This document shows positions 40,673-48,830 of a DNA stretch of 54,070 nt, piece by piece (positions within the stretch are counted from its first letter, which is position 1; each line of letters opens with the position of its first letter). This stretch comes from Actinomycetota bacterium (GTDB lineage: Bacteria > Actinomycetota > Aquicultoria > CAJVYJ01 > JAUVQD01). The DNA lies in NCBI GenBank assembly GCA_030679975.1, contig JAUXSL010000022.1:1-54070 (forward strand). Reading direction: 5' to 3'. Both the position numbers and the translations under genes were made by a program. Under the pieces are notes generated by a model. It was not told where the DNA came from. It ran no database searches and saw only the letters and a program-made list of their open reading frames with translations.

Positions 40673-40838
40673 TTCTCATCAAGAGCGGCAGAGGGACTGG
40701 CCCTGTGAAGCCCGACAACCGGTTTTTGAAAAAAGACTTGGTGTCAATTCCAGCCCGCGAGGGAATCGTGGGAGAGATGAGTGCAAAGTCGCATAATTAG
40801 ACTTCGGCCTCTTTCTCTCATGGGAAGAGGCGTTTTTT
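40673..40838 (+). promoter_or_regulatory. SAM-I (S-box) riboswitch with intrinsic terminator expression platform
   Basis: ttCTCATCaAGAGcGGCaGAGGGAcTGGCCCtgtGAAGCCcGaCAACC....GGTGtCAATTCCagc...aGAGATGAG matches S-box conserved blocks. The terminator GCCTCTT...AAGAGGC plus T6 lies at 40807-40838. Confidence 0.85.
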
Positions 40839-40855
40839 AGTTGCAAAGGAAGTAA

Positions 40856-42082
40856 ATGGCATATATCAAAGGTTTAAGATGCCGGGAATGCGGCCGTGAG
40901 TATCCGATCGAACCAGTGCATGTCTGCGAGTTTTGTTTTGGACCGCTTGAGGTGGTTTATGACTACGAGGCGATCGCGGCGGTTGTCAGCCGCGAGAAGA
41001 TCACTAGTGGGCCGCCTACGATTTGGAGATACGCTGAGTTATTGCCGTGCAGCCCCGGCGCCGAGCGAGTCGACCTCGGGTCGGGGTTCACCCCTTTAGT
41101 CAAGGCTGACAACCTGGGTAAGGCCCTGGGCCTGAAAAGGCTATATCTAAAAAACGATACGCTCAACCCGACTTATTCATTTAAAGATAGAGTAGTCTCC
41201 GTGGCGCTGACTCGCGCTAAGGAATTTGGTTTTAATATAGTGGCCTGCGCATCCACGGGAAATCTGGCAAATTCAGTAGCGGCCCATGCCGCTAAAGCGG
41301 GTATGGCGGCCTATGTCTTTATCCCCGCCGACCTGGAAAAAGGGAAAGTCTTGACGACCGCGGTCTATGGGCCGAACCTGGTGGCCGTGGACGGCAATTA
41401 CGATGAGGTCAACCGCTTATGCGCGGAGATCGCCGGCGAATATCCTTGGGCGTTTGTCAATGTCAATATTCGCCCGTACTATGCCGAGGGCTCCAAAACC
41501 ATCGCGTTCGAAACCGCCGAGCAGCTTGATTGGCGGGCGCCCGACCACGTAGTTGTGCCTATCGCCTCCGGCTCGCTTTTGACTAAAATCAAGAAAGGTT
41601 TCAATGAGATGATAAAAGTCGGGTTGATCGAAGCCCGGTCGACAAAAATATCGGGGGCTCAGGCTTTGGGTTGCGCGCCGGTAGCGACTGCCTTTGAGGC
41701 GGGCGTCGACATAATCAAACCGGTCAAGCCGAAGACCATTGCAAAATCCCTGGCCATCGGTAACCCCGCCGACGGTTACTACGCCTTGAAGGCCGTGAAT
41801 GAGACCGGCGGCGCGATAACAACGGCTGACGACGACGAGATAGTCGAAGCAATTAAGTTGTTAGCGGAAAACGAGGGGATATTTACCGAAACAGCGGGCG
41901 GGGTAACAGTGGCGGTGCTGAAAAAGCTGGTTGAATCGGGTAAGATAAAGCCTGATGAATTGACGGTCGCCTACATCACGGGGCTTGGCCTAAAGACGCT
42001 GGAGGCGCTGGAGGGCAAAGTCGGGCCGAAGGCGACGATCAGTGCGAACTTAGACGATTTTCAGCAAGCGTTTGGGCTGTAG
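40856..42082 (+). CDS. Threonine synthase family PLP enzyme with N-terminal Cys4 zinc ribbon (ThrC paralog, candidate sulfur-transfer enzyme)
   Basis: CRECG..17 aa..CEFCFG ribbon, PLP-lysine motif YSFKDR, and a glycine-rich loop. Preceded by the SAM riboswitch. Confidence 0.8.
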   Translation: MAYIKGLRCRECGREYPIEPVHVCEFCFGPLEVVYDYEAIAAVVSREKITSGPPTIWRYAELLPCSPGAERVDLGSGFTPLVKADNLGKALGLKRLYLKNDTLNPTYSFKDRVVSVALTRAKEFGFNIVACASTGNLANSVAAHAAKAGMAAYVFIPADLEKGKVLTTAVYGPNLVAVDGNYDEVNRLCAEIAGEYPWAFVNVNIRPYYAEGSKTIAFETAEQLDWRAPDHVVVPIASGSLLTKIKKGFNEMIKVGLIEARSTKISGAQALGCAPVATAFEAGVDIIKPVKPKTIAKSLAIGNPADGYYALKAVNETGGAITTADDDEIVEAIKLLAENEGIFTETAGGVTVAVLKKLVESGKIKPDELTVAYITGLGLKTLEALEGKVGPKATISANLDDFQQAFGL

Positions 42083-42105
42083 AATATCATGCCCGCGCCG
42101 GAGGG

Positions 42106-42166
42106 CTCAAAGTGTCATTCCCGAGCCGGGGGTTTAAAGTGTCATTCCCGCGGAAGCGGGAATCTA
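42106..42166 (+). repeat. Palindromic hairpin repeat: half unit plus full unit (GTGTCATTCCCGCGGAAGCGGGAATCT)
   Basis: aaagtgtcattcccg occurs twice (42109-42123 and 42136-42150). The second copy continues into the full 8-bp stem with a GGAA loop. Confidence 0.8.
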
Positions 42167-42182
42167 CTAAAAAGGAGCGAGA

Positions 42183-42461
42183 GTGTCAGTAAGAGTCAGA
42201 ATACCGTCACCGTTGAGGAGCTTGACCGAAGGTGAAGGTGAAGTTGAGGCTGAAGGTGCGAGTGTGCGAGAGATGATAACCGATCTGGAAGCTAAATATC
42301 CGGGGATACAAGAGCGTCTATGCGACGCGAACGGCGACGTTCGCCGTTTTGTCAACATATTTGTCGGCCAGGAAGACATCCGTTTCCTCGGCGGCCTGGA
42401 TACCCTCATAGAAGAAGGCGCCGAAGTTTCGATAATCCCGGCCATCGCCGGTGGCGCATAG
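42183..42461 (+). CDS. ThiS/MoaD family ubiquitin-like sulfur carrier protein, C-terminus ...AGGA
   Basis: 92 aa, beta-grasp type sequence (VNIFVGQEDIRFL..L..GAEVSIIPAIAGGA). The Gly-Gly is followed by one extra Ala. Confidence 0.8.
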   Translation: MSVRVRIPSPLRSLTEGEGEVEAEGASVREMITDLEAKYPGIQERLCDANGDVRRFVNIFVGQEDIRFLGGLDTLIEEGAEVSIIPAIAGGA

Positions 42462-42541
42462 CGGTTGCCAAAGACTGGGCGCTGTGCTCGACATGAAACC
42501 GTTCGGGGTGGATTTAAACTAAATCCAGAAAAAGCTGGACA

Positions 42542-42550
42542 TGCTATAAT
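42542..42550 (+). promoter_or_regulatory. Extended -10 promoter (TGCTATAAT) for lepA
   Basis: A perfect TGnTATAAT ends 8 nt upstream of the GTG start at 42559, implying a near-leaderless transcript. Confidence 0.4.
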
Positions 42551-42558
42551 TCCTACCT

Positions 42559-44352
42559 GTGAATCTGGAAAATATCCGCAACTTCTCTATCATCGCTCAC
42601 ATAGACCACGGGAAATCCACCCTGGCCGATAGGCTGCTCGAAATCACCGACACCTTGCCGCAACGCGATATGAAAGAGCAAGTCCTGGATCGGATGGACT
42701 TGGAGCGCGAGCGCGGCATTACCATCAAGGCCCAGGCGGTCAAGTTGAATTATCGGGCGGCTGATGGTAAAGATTACGTTTTGAATCTAATCGACACTCC
42801 GGGCCACGTCGATTTTACCTATGAGGTCTCGCGCAGTTTAGCGGCTTGTGAGGGGGCGCTGCTGGTAGTCGATGCCGCCCAGGGAGTCGAGGCCCAAACA
42901 GTGGCCAATGCCCATCTCGCCATCGAAAACAATCTGGAGATAATCCCCGTCATAAATAAGATAGATCTGCCCAGCGCCGATGTGGCGCGGGTCAAGCACG
43001 AGATAGAGGAGAGCCTCGGGATAGATGCCGAGGAAGCGATTTTAGTCAGCGCTAAGACCGGTGAAGGCGCTAAGGAAGTGCTGGAGGCCGTGATACGTCG
43101 TATCCCGCCGCCGGAAGGTCAGGCTGAATCGAGTCTGAAGGCCCTGGTCTTTGATTCTAAATATGACGCTTACCGCGGGGTCGTGGTTTTCGTCCGGGTG
43201 ATGGACGGCTCTATCGGCAAAGGCGACAAGATCAAGATGATGGCGACCGGCCGCGGGGCGGAGGTCGAGGAGGTCGGTGTTTTTTCACCGGATATGAAGG
43301 TCACCGGGCGTCTGGGGGCCGGGGAGGTCGGCTATGTCATCGCCGGCATAAAGGATGTTAAAGAGGTCAAAGTCGGCGACACCATCACCGAGTTAAAGAG
43401 GCAGGCCGTGCAGGCGTTGCCAGGTTACAAAGAAGCCAAGCCGATGGTCTTTTGCGGAATTTATCCCGTCGATGGCGGCGAATACGCAAATCTGCGTGAC
43501 GCCTTGGCAAAACTGCAACTAAACGATACGTCCTTAACCTATGAACCGGAAACGTCAACGGCCCTCGGATTTGGTTTCCGCTGCGGCTTTTTAGGATTAC
43601 TCCATTTAGAGATAGTCAAGGAAAGGCTTGAACGCGAATACGAACTGACGCTCCTGGCGACCGCGCCCAGCGTGGCGTTTCGGGTCAACAAGCTCAGCGG
43701 CGACTCATTGATCATCCGCAACCCGTCTGATTTCCCTAAAGACGTGGCCGGCATCGAGGAACCGTATATAGCGGCCACCATCTTGGCCCCCTCGGAGTTC
43801 ATTGGGGCCATAATGGACCTTTGCCAGACCAGGCGGGGCCAGTTAATAAACGTCGCCTACTTGAGCGAGGGACGGGCGCAGATAAATTACGACCTGCCCC
43901 TGGCCGAGATAGTGTTGGACTTCTACGACCAGCTAAAGTCAAAAACCCACGGCTACGCTTCATTCGATTACGAACACGTCGGCTATCGCCACGCCGACTT
44001 GGTTAAGCTGGATATCTTGTTGGCCGCTGAGCCGGTCGACGCTTTCTCGGCATTGGTGCCAAAAGAAAAAGCTTATGAGCGCGGTAAGGCTCTGGTTGAA
44101 AAGTTGCGCCAGATCATCCCGCGTCAAATGTTTGAGGTGGCCATTCAAGCGGCCATCGGCGGGCGGATCATCGCCCGGGAAAGCGTCAAGGCCAAGCGGA
44201 AAGATGTGACCGCCAAATGCTACGGCGGGGACATCTCCAGGAAACGGAAGCTGTTGGAGAAACAGAAGGAAGGTAAGAAGCGGATGAAGCAGGTCGGCCG
44301 GGTGACGATCCCGCAAGAAGCGTTCCTGGCGATTTTGAAGGTGGAGGAGTGA
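42559..44352 (+). CDS. lepA: Elongation factor 4
   Basis: GTPase motifs [14 protein letters not shown] and NKID, plus the LepA-specific C-terminal domain. Confidence 0.95.
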   Translation: MNLENIRNFSIIAHIDHGKSTLADRLLEITDTLPQRDMKEQVLDRMDLERERGITIKAQAVKLNYRAADGKDYVLNLIDTPGHVDFTYEVSRSLAACEGALLVVDAAQGVEAQTVANAHLAIENNLEIIPVINKIDLPSADVARVKHEIEESLGIDAEEAILVSAKTGEGAKEVLEAVIRRIPPPEGQAESSLKALVFDSKYDAYRGVVVFVRVMDGSIGKGDKIKMMATGRGAEVEEVGVFSPDMKVTGRLGAGEVGYVIAGIKDVKEVKVGDTITELKRQAVQALPGYKEAKPMVFCGIYPVDGGEYANLRDALAKLQLNDTSLTYEPETSTALGFGFRCGFLGLLHLEIVKERLEREYELTLLATAPSVAFRVNKLSGDSLIIRNPSDFPKDVAGIEEPYIAATILAPSEFIGAIMDLCQTRRGQLINVAYLSEGRAQINYDLPLAEIVLDFYDQLKSKTHGYASFDYEHVGYRHADLVKLDILLAAEPVDAFSALVPKEKAYERGKALVEKLRQIIPRQMFEVAIQAAIGGRIIARESVKAKRKDVTAKCYGGDISRKRKLLEKQKEGKKRMKQVGRVTIPQEAFLAILKVEE

Positions 44353-45491
44353 TGACGGCCCCGGCGCCCGGGTTCGGGCTATATATTCACACACCGTTTT
44401 GCCGGCAAAAGTGCTCTTATTGCGACTTCAATTCTCATCCCGGGCTGGAATCTCTGGTTGTCGAATATACGAGGGCCGTCAGCGCCCAGATAAAGCAGGT
44501 GGGCGCCGACCGGACTTGGCCGGAAGTGAAGACGATCTTCTTCGGCGGCGGCAATCCGGCCTTGCTGGGGGTCGACGGGATATCGACCCTGCTCGAAGCT
44601 TGTCGACGGGTGTTTAAGATAGTCGGCAGCGCGGAGATATCGATGGAGATGAATCCGGAAGACGCCCGGAGCGGTTTTCTGGGCGACGTTAGGGATATGG
44701 GGTTTAACCGGTTGAGCCTGGGCTGGCAATCGCTCGACGATAGCCGTCTGGCGCTCCTGGGCCGCCGTCATGATAAAGCGGGGGCGACGGCATCGATCGG
44801 TCTCGCCCGAGCCGCGGGGTTTACAAATATCAATGTCGATATGATCTGCGGACTCCCCGGCCAATCGGAAGAGGCCTGGCAGGCGGAACTAAATGAAGCG
44901 GCCGGCTACGAGCCGGATCACATCTCGGCCTATATGCTGACGGTGGCGCCCGGTACCCGGCTGGCCCGGCAAGTCGAAACGGGTCGCGTCAGTCTGCCGG
45001 ACGAAAGATCTGTGGTTCGCATGTACGAACAGACGCGCAAACAGCTGACTCAGGAGAGTTACGAGCAATATGAGATTTCGAATTACACCCGGGTTGGGCA
45101 TGACTGCAGGCACAACTTGAACTACTGGGCGGGCGGCGATTACTTAGGGTTCGGGGCGGGAGCGCACTCGCATTGGCGGGGCAGGCGCTGGTGGGCGGTG
45201 AACGGCCCCAAGGCGTTTATCGCCGGGATTAAGTCGGGGGATGAGATTTCCGGGCATGAAGACCTAAACAGCCGGCAGCGAGCGAGCGAGCGCATCTTTC
45301 TGGGCTTGCGGCTCAATAAAGGCGTGAATATCGAAGAGATCAAAGCCGAGTTTGGCTTTAATGTTGCGGAGGTCTATGCCGATGCTTTGGCGGAACTTAA
45401 GGCGCAAGGGCTGATAAACACCGGGCGCATGATAGCTTTAACGGAAAAGGGCCGGCTGTTCGCCAACGAAGCGATGTCTCTGTTTGTATAG
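44349..45491 (+). CDS. hemW: Radical SAM heme chaperone HemW (HemN-like, oxygen-independent coproporphyrinogen oxidase family)
   Basis: Has the [10 protein letters not shown] cluster and a HemN_C domain. Lies after lepA, as in many monoderms. Confidence 0.88.
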   Translation: MMTAPAPGFGLYIHTPFCRQKCSYCDFNSHPGLESLVVEYTRAVSAQIKQVGADRTWPEVKTIFFGGGNPALLGVDGISTLLEACRRVFKIVGSAEISMEMNPEDARSGFLGDVRDMGFNRLSLGWQSLDDSRLALLGRRHDKAGATASIGLARAAGFTNINVDMICGLPGQSEEAWQAELNEAAGYEPDHISAYMLTVAPGTRLARQVETGRVSLPDERSVVRMYEQTRKQLTQESYEQYEISNYTRVGHDCRHNLNYWAGGDYLGFGAGAHSHWRGRRWWAVNGPKAFIAGIKSGDEISGHEDLNSRQRASERIFLGLRLNKGVNIEEIKAEFGFNVAEVYADALAELKAQGLINTGRMIALTEKGRLFANEAMSLFV

Positions 45492-45506
45492 AAACGCGGC
45501 CGATCA

Positions 45507-45533
45507 TTAGCACTCCAATTGCCAAAGTGCTAA
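45507..45533 (+). promoter_or_regulatory. CIRCE operator (HrcA binding site)
   Basis: TTAGCACTC-N9-AAGTGCTAA, one mismatch from the consensus TTAGCACTC-N9-GAGTGCTAA. Located directly upstream of hrcA. Confidence 0.85.
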
Positions 45534-45544
45534 AGTTATCAGCT

Positions 45545-46582
45545 ATGTTAGATGAACGAAAACGGCATATTCTGTCGGCTTTAATAAAAGATTTTGTGAC
45601 GACCGCTGAGCCGGTCGGGTCGAAGCGACTGGTCGAGCGGTATGCTCTGCAAATCAGCCCGGCTACTGTAAGAAATGAATTGGCAACGCTCGAAGAGCTG
45701 GGCTACATTTCGCAGCCGCACACTTCCGCCGGTCGGGTGCCGACCGACCTCGGGTATCGATTTTACGTCGATCAACTCAGTAAAGTCTCGACTCCGATGG
45801 AAAATGATTTCGCGGAAGTCAAAGAGTTCTATTCGCGGCTTAATCATGAGATCGGGCTGCTGATGAGGGAGACTTCGCATCTTCTGTCGGAGTTGACCCA
45901 TTGCGCCGCGCTTGTCTACGCTCCCGACATCCGAAAAGAACGGATAAAGCATATCGACCTTGTCGGTCTCGAAGGGCGCGGGGCTCTGATCGTAGTCATC
46001 ACCAGCAATGGTTCGGTCTCTAAGCAGGTTTTTGATTGCCCCGGGGTTATTGAGGCCGAAACTCTAAAGAAATTAGAGGCAATATTGAATCGATCGCTGG
46101 CCGACCAGCCGGTAGATGACATTTCTTCGGCAAACCTCATCGCCGCGGGCCTGACCGGGGCGGAATCCGGGCTGCTAAAGCAGGTTAAGGCGCACATTGT
46201 CGAGAGCCTGGCGAAGAAGCTCACGGAACGGGTATATTACGACGGCGCCGCCTTTCTGTTGGCTCGTCCAGAAGTGAGCGCGGTTCGACGGGCGCACGAA
46301 GTGATCGGGTTGCTGGAGCAAAACTACCGGCTGCTCGACTGGCTTCAGGCGGCTTCCGACGAATGCGAGGTGATCGTCAGCATCGGGGCTGAAAACCAGC
46401 TCGACCTGAACGGTTTCAGCTTGGTCGCGAGCGGTTATGAGGTCCACGGGCAATCCGTCGGGGTCTTGGGCATACTGGGGCCGACACGGATGGATTACCC
46501 TAAAGCCATATCGGCCGTTCGGCATATAGCAAAAAACCTTGGCGAAGTTCTGGAGGCCCGTCCGAAAACGGGTCTAAGTTAA
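45545..46582 (+). CDS. hrcA: Heat-inducible transcription repressor HrcA
   Basis: MLDERKRHIL..LI..F..T.EPVGSK winged-helix N-terminus. I chose the ATG at 45545 because the upstream GTG lies inside CIRCE. Confidence 0.92.
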   Translation: MLDERKRHILSALIKDFVTTAEPVGSKRLVERYALQISPATVRNELATLEELGYISQPHTSAGRVPTDLGYRFYVDQLSKVSTPMENDFAEVKEFYSRLNHEIGLLMRETSHLLSELTHCAALVYAPDIRKERIKHIDLVGLEGRGALIVVITSNGSVSKQVFDCPGVIEAETLKKLEAILNRSLADQPVDDISSANLIAAGLTGAESGLLKQVKAHIVESLAKKLTERVYYDGAAFLLARPEVSAVRRAHEVIGLLEQNYRLLDWLQAASDECEVIVSIGAENQLDLNGFSLVASGYEVHGQSVGVLGILGPTRMDYPKAISAVRHIAKNLGEVLEARPKTGLS

Positions 46583-46585
46583 GAG

Positions 46586-47707
46586 GTGCATTTGAGAGAT
46601 TATTATGAAGTACTAGGTGTGGCCAAGTCGGCTACGGAAGCTGAGATAAAGAAAGCCTACCGGAAGCTGGCCAGAAAATATCATCCTGACGTGAACAGTC
46701 ATGATGAAGAGGCCGAGAACAAATTTAAAGAAGCTACGCAAGCTTACGAGGTCCTCTGCGACCCGCAAAAGCGAGAAACATACGACCGCTTCGGCCATAC
46801 GGGTCGAAACGCGGGCGCGGGCGGAGCCGGCGGGTTCGGGCAGGGCTTCGGTTTTGAGGACATATTCGATGTGTTCTTTGACGGCTTCGGGGGCGGGCGC
46901 CAAAAGCACCGGTCGGCGGCGCAGGCCGGGGACGACCTGGCCGCCAACCTGACTGTGACATTCAAGGAAGCGGCTTTTGGCGTCGACAGAGACATTGAGA
47001 TACTCAAACCGTCCGTCTGCGGAGACTGCGCCGGTTCCGGCCTGGCAAAAGGGGCTAGTCCGCAAGCGTGCGGTGTTTGCGACGGCCAAGGGGTCGTAAC
47101 TCAAGCTCAGCAGACCATCTTTGGGAGCTTCGCCCGCACCGGATACTGCGCTAACTGCGAAGGAACGGGACAAATCATAACTAAACCGTGTAAGACTTGC
47201 CACGGTGAAGGCCGCCTTTCCGAGCGGTCGAACGTGACGATTAAAGTTCCGGGCGGCGTGGTTGACGGCATGCGTCTTAAACTTGGCGGCCACGGCACGG
47301 CCGGACGCCGCGGCGGTCCGGCTGGAGACCTGTATGTGGACATTATCGTCAAGCCCGATAAGGTCTTTTCCAGAAACGGCAACGATGTCGTTATCAGCGC
47401 GCCCATATCATTTAGTCATGCGGCGCTCGGCGGCGAAGTAAGAGTGCCGACGCTCGACGGGGAAGAGGAGATAAACGTTCCAGCCGGCACTCAATCCGGA
47501 AGCCTCTTCAGGTTAAAGGGCAAAGGCATCCCGTTTTTGAACCGGCGTGGCCGCGGTGATCAAATAACTGAAATAACAGTGCGGACGCCGAGCCATTTGG
47601 GCGAAGAGGAGCGGGAGCTTTTCGCCAAGCTCTCCGAATTGGAGGAGGAGCACGGACCGGAGAGCGCCGGCATTTTCGGCAAAATCAAAGAAGTGTTTGG
47701 GAAGTGA
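46586..47707 (+). CDS. dnaJ: Molecular chaperone DnaJ
   Basis: J domain with KYHPD, a G/F-rich linker, and four CxxCxG(x)G zinc-finger repeats. Confidence 0.95.
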   Translation: MHLRDYYEVLGVAKSATEAEIKKAYRKLARKYHPDVNSHDEEAENKFKEATQAYEVLCDPQKRETYDRFGHTGRNAGAGGAGGFGQGFGFEDIFDVFFDGFGGGRQKHRSAAQAGDDLAANLTVTFKEAAFGVDRDIEILKPSVCGDCAGSGLAKGASPQACGVCDGQGVVTQAQQTIFGSFARTGYCANCEGTGQIITKPCKTCHGEGRLSERSNVTIKVPGGVVDGMRLKLGGHGTAGRRGGPAGDLYVDIIVKPDKVFSRNGNDVVISAPISFSHAALGGEVRVPTLDGEEEINVPAGTQSGSLFRLKGKGIPFLNRRGRGDQITEITVRTPSHLGEEERELFAKLSELEEEHGPESAGIFGKIKEVFGK

Positions 47708-47790
47708 GCCCGGGGTCCCCGCAAAGCGGACTTGGCTTTGTGGGGTGGAGCGTAGCAGATGGGGTTTTCGGCCGCGCTTCCGGCAGGGTA

Positions 47791-47799
47791 TGGTATAAT
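47791..47799 (+). promoter_or_regulatory. Extended -10 promoter (TGGTATAAT) for phoH
   Basis: A perfect TGnTATAAT lies 27 nt upstream of the GTG at 47826. Confidence 0.4.
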
Positions 47800-47825
47800 T
47801 TTCACTCGCACAGCTCGGGTGAATA

Positions 47826-48821
47826 GTGGCTTCAAAGGGGTCAAATCGACGATTGCAGAAAGTTAAAACCAAAGAGATCAAGCTGGTCGTTCCCGGCAAT
47901 CAGGCGATGATAGATCTGCTCGGTCATCGGGACGAGCTGCTCAAGGTTATTGAAGAAGAATTTGCCACCGAGATACTGGTCCGCGGCAATGAGATCACTA
48001 TTAGCGGTTCCGCCAAAGAAACGGAAGCGGTTGCCACTATATTTCGTGAATTGCTTGAGGTGCTGGCGACAGGTGAGACCATCACTTCCGAACACGTCGG
48101 CCAAACAATACAGTTGATCCGCGGAGAAGAAACGATTTCACCAAAAACCCTGGTAAGCGACACCATCTTGGTTCATCGGGCCAAGCCTATCCGCCCTAAG
48201 ACCCCTGGACAGAAGAGGTATGTCGACGCCATCCGGAACACTACCGCGACCTTCGGCATCGGGCCGGCCGGAACAGGAAAGACCTATTTGGCCATGGCGA
48301 TGGCCGTGCAAGCGTTGAAGCAGAAATATATCAGCCGGATTATCCTGACCAGACCCGTCGTTGAGGCGGGGGAGAAGCTTGGCTTTTTACCGGGAACGCT
48401 CTTTGAGAAAGTGGATCCTTTTCTCAAGCCGCTTTATGACGCTCTTTTCGACATGATGGACCCCGACCAATTCCAGCAACTAATGGACAGAGGGACCATC
48501 GAGGTAGCGCCGCTGGCGTATATGCGCGGGCGGACGCTGAATGACTCTTTTATAATATTGGATGAAGCGCAAAACACTTCGCCTGAACAAATGAAGATGT
48601 TCCTTACCCGGTTGGGGTTTGGGTCAAAAGTGGTTGTCACGGGTGACGTAACGCAGATTGACCTGCCGTCCGGTAATAAATCGGGGTTGCTGGTCATTGA
48701 GGAGATCTTGTCGGACATCGAAGATTTGGCTTTCATCCATCTCACTGCCAAGGATGTCGTTCGCCATAAGCTGGTTCAAAAAATAGTCGAAGCGTACAAG
48801 CGCTTCGAGGAGGATCACTAA
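47826..48821 (+). CDS. phoH: PhoH family ATPase (YbeZ-like)
   Basis: Has Walker A GPAGTGKT and Walker B IILDEAQN. Confidence 0.92.
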   Translation: MASKGSNRRLQKVKTKEIKLVVPGNQAMIDLLGHRDELLKVIEEEFATEILVRGNEITISGSAKETEAVATIFRELLEVLATGETITSEHVGQTIQLIRGEETISPKTLVSDTILVHRAKPIRPKTPGQKRYVDAIRNTTATFGIGPAGTGKTYLAMAMAVQALKQKYISRIILTRPVVEAGEKLGFLPGTLFEKVDPFLKPLYDALFDMMDPDQFQQLMDRGTIEVAPLAYMRGRTLNDSFIILDEAQNTSPEQMKMFLTRLGFGSKVVVTGDVTQIDLPSGNKSGLLVIEEILSDIEDLAFIHLTAKDVVRHKLVQKIVEAYKRFEEDH

Positions 48822-48830
48822 GATGCGGCG

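Noticed and set aside
45507-47707. hrcA-dnaJ without grpE-dnaK as an anomaly.
   Set aside because: This is the normal arrangement of the hrcA-dnaJ2 operon in Actinobacteria. It is useful only as a taxonomic hint.
47708-47760. The hairpin ccccgcaaag..ctttgtgggg after dnaJ as an intrinsic terminator.
   Set aside because: The stem is plausible, but no T-tract follows. I left it unannotated as a terminator.
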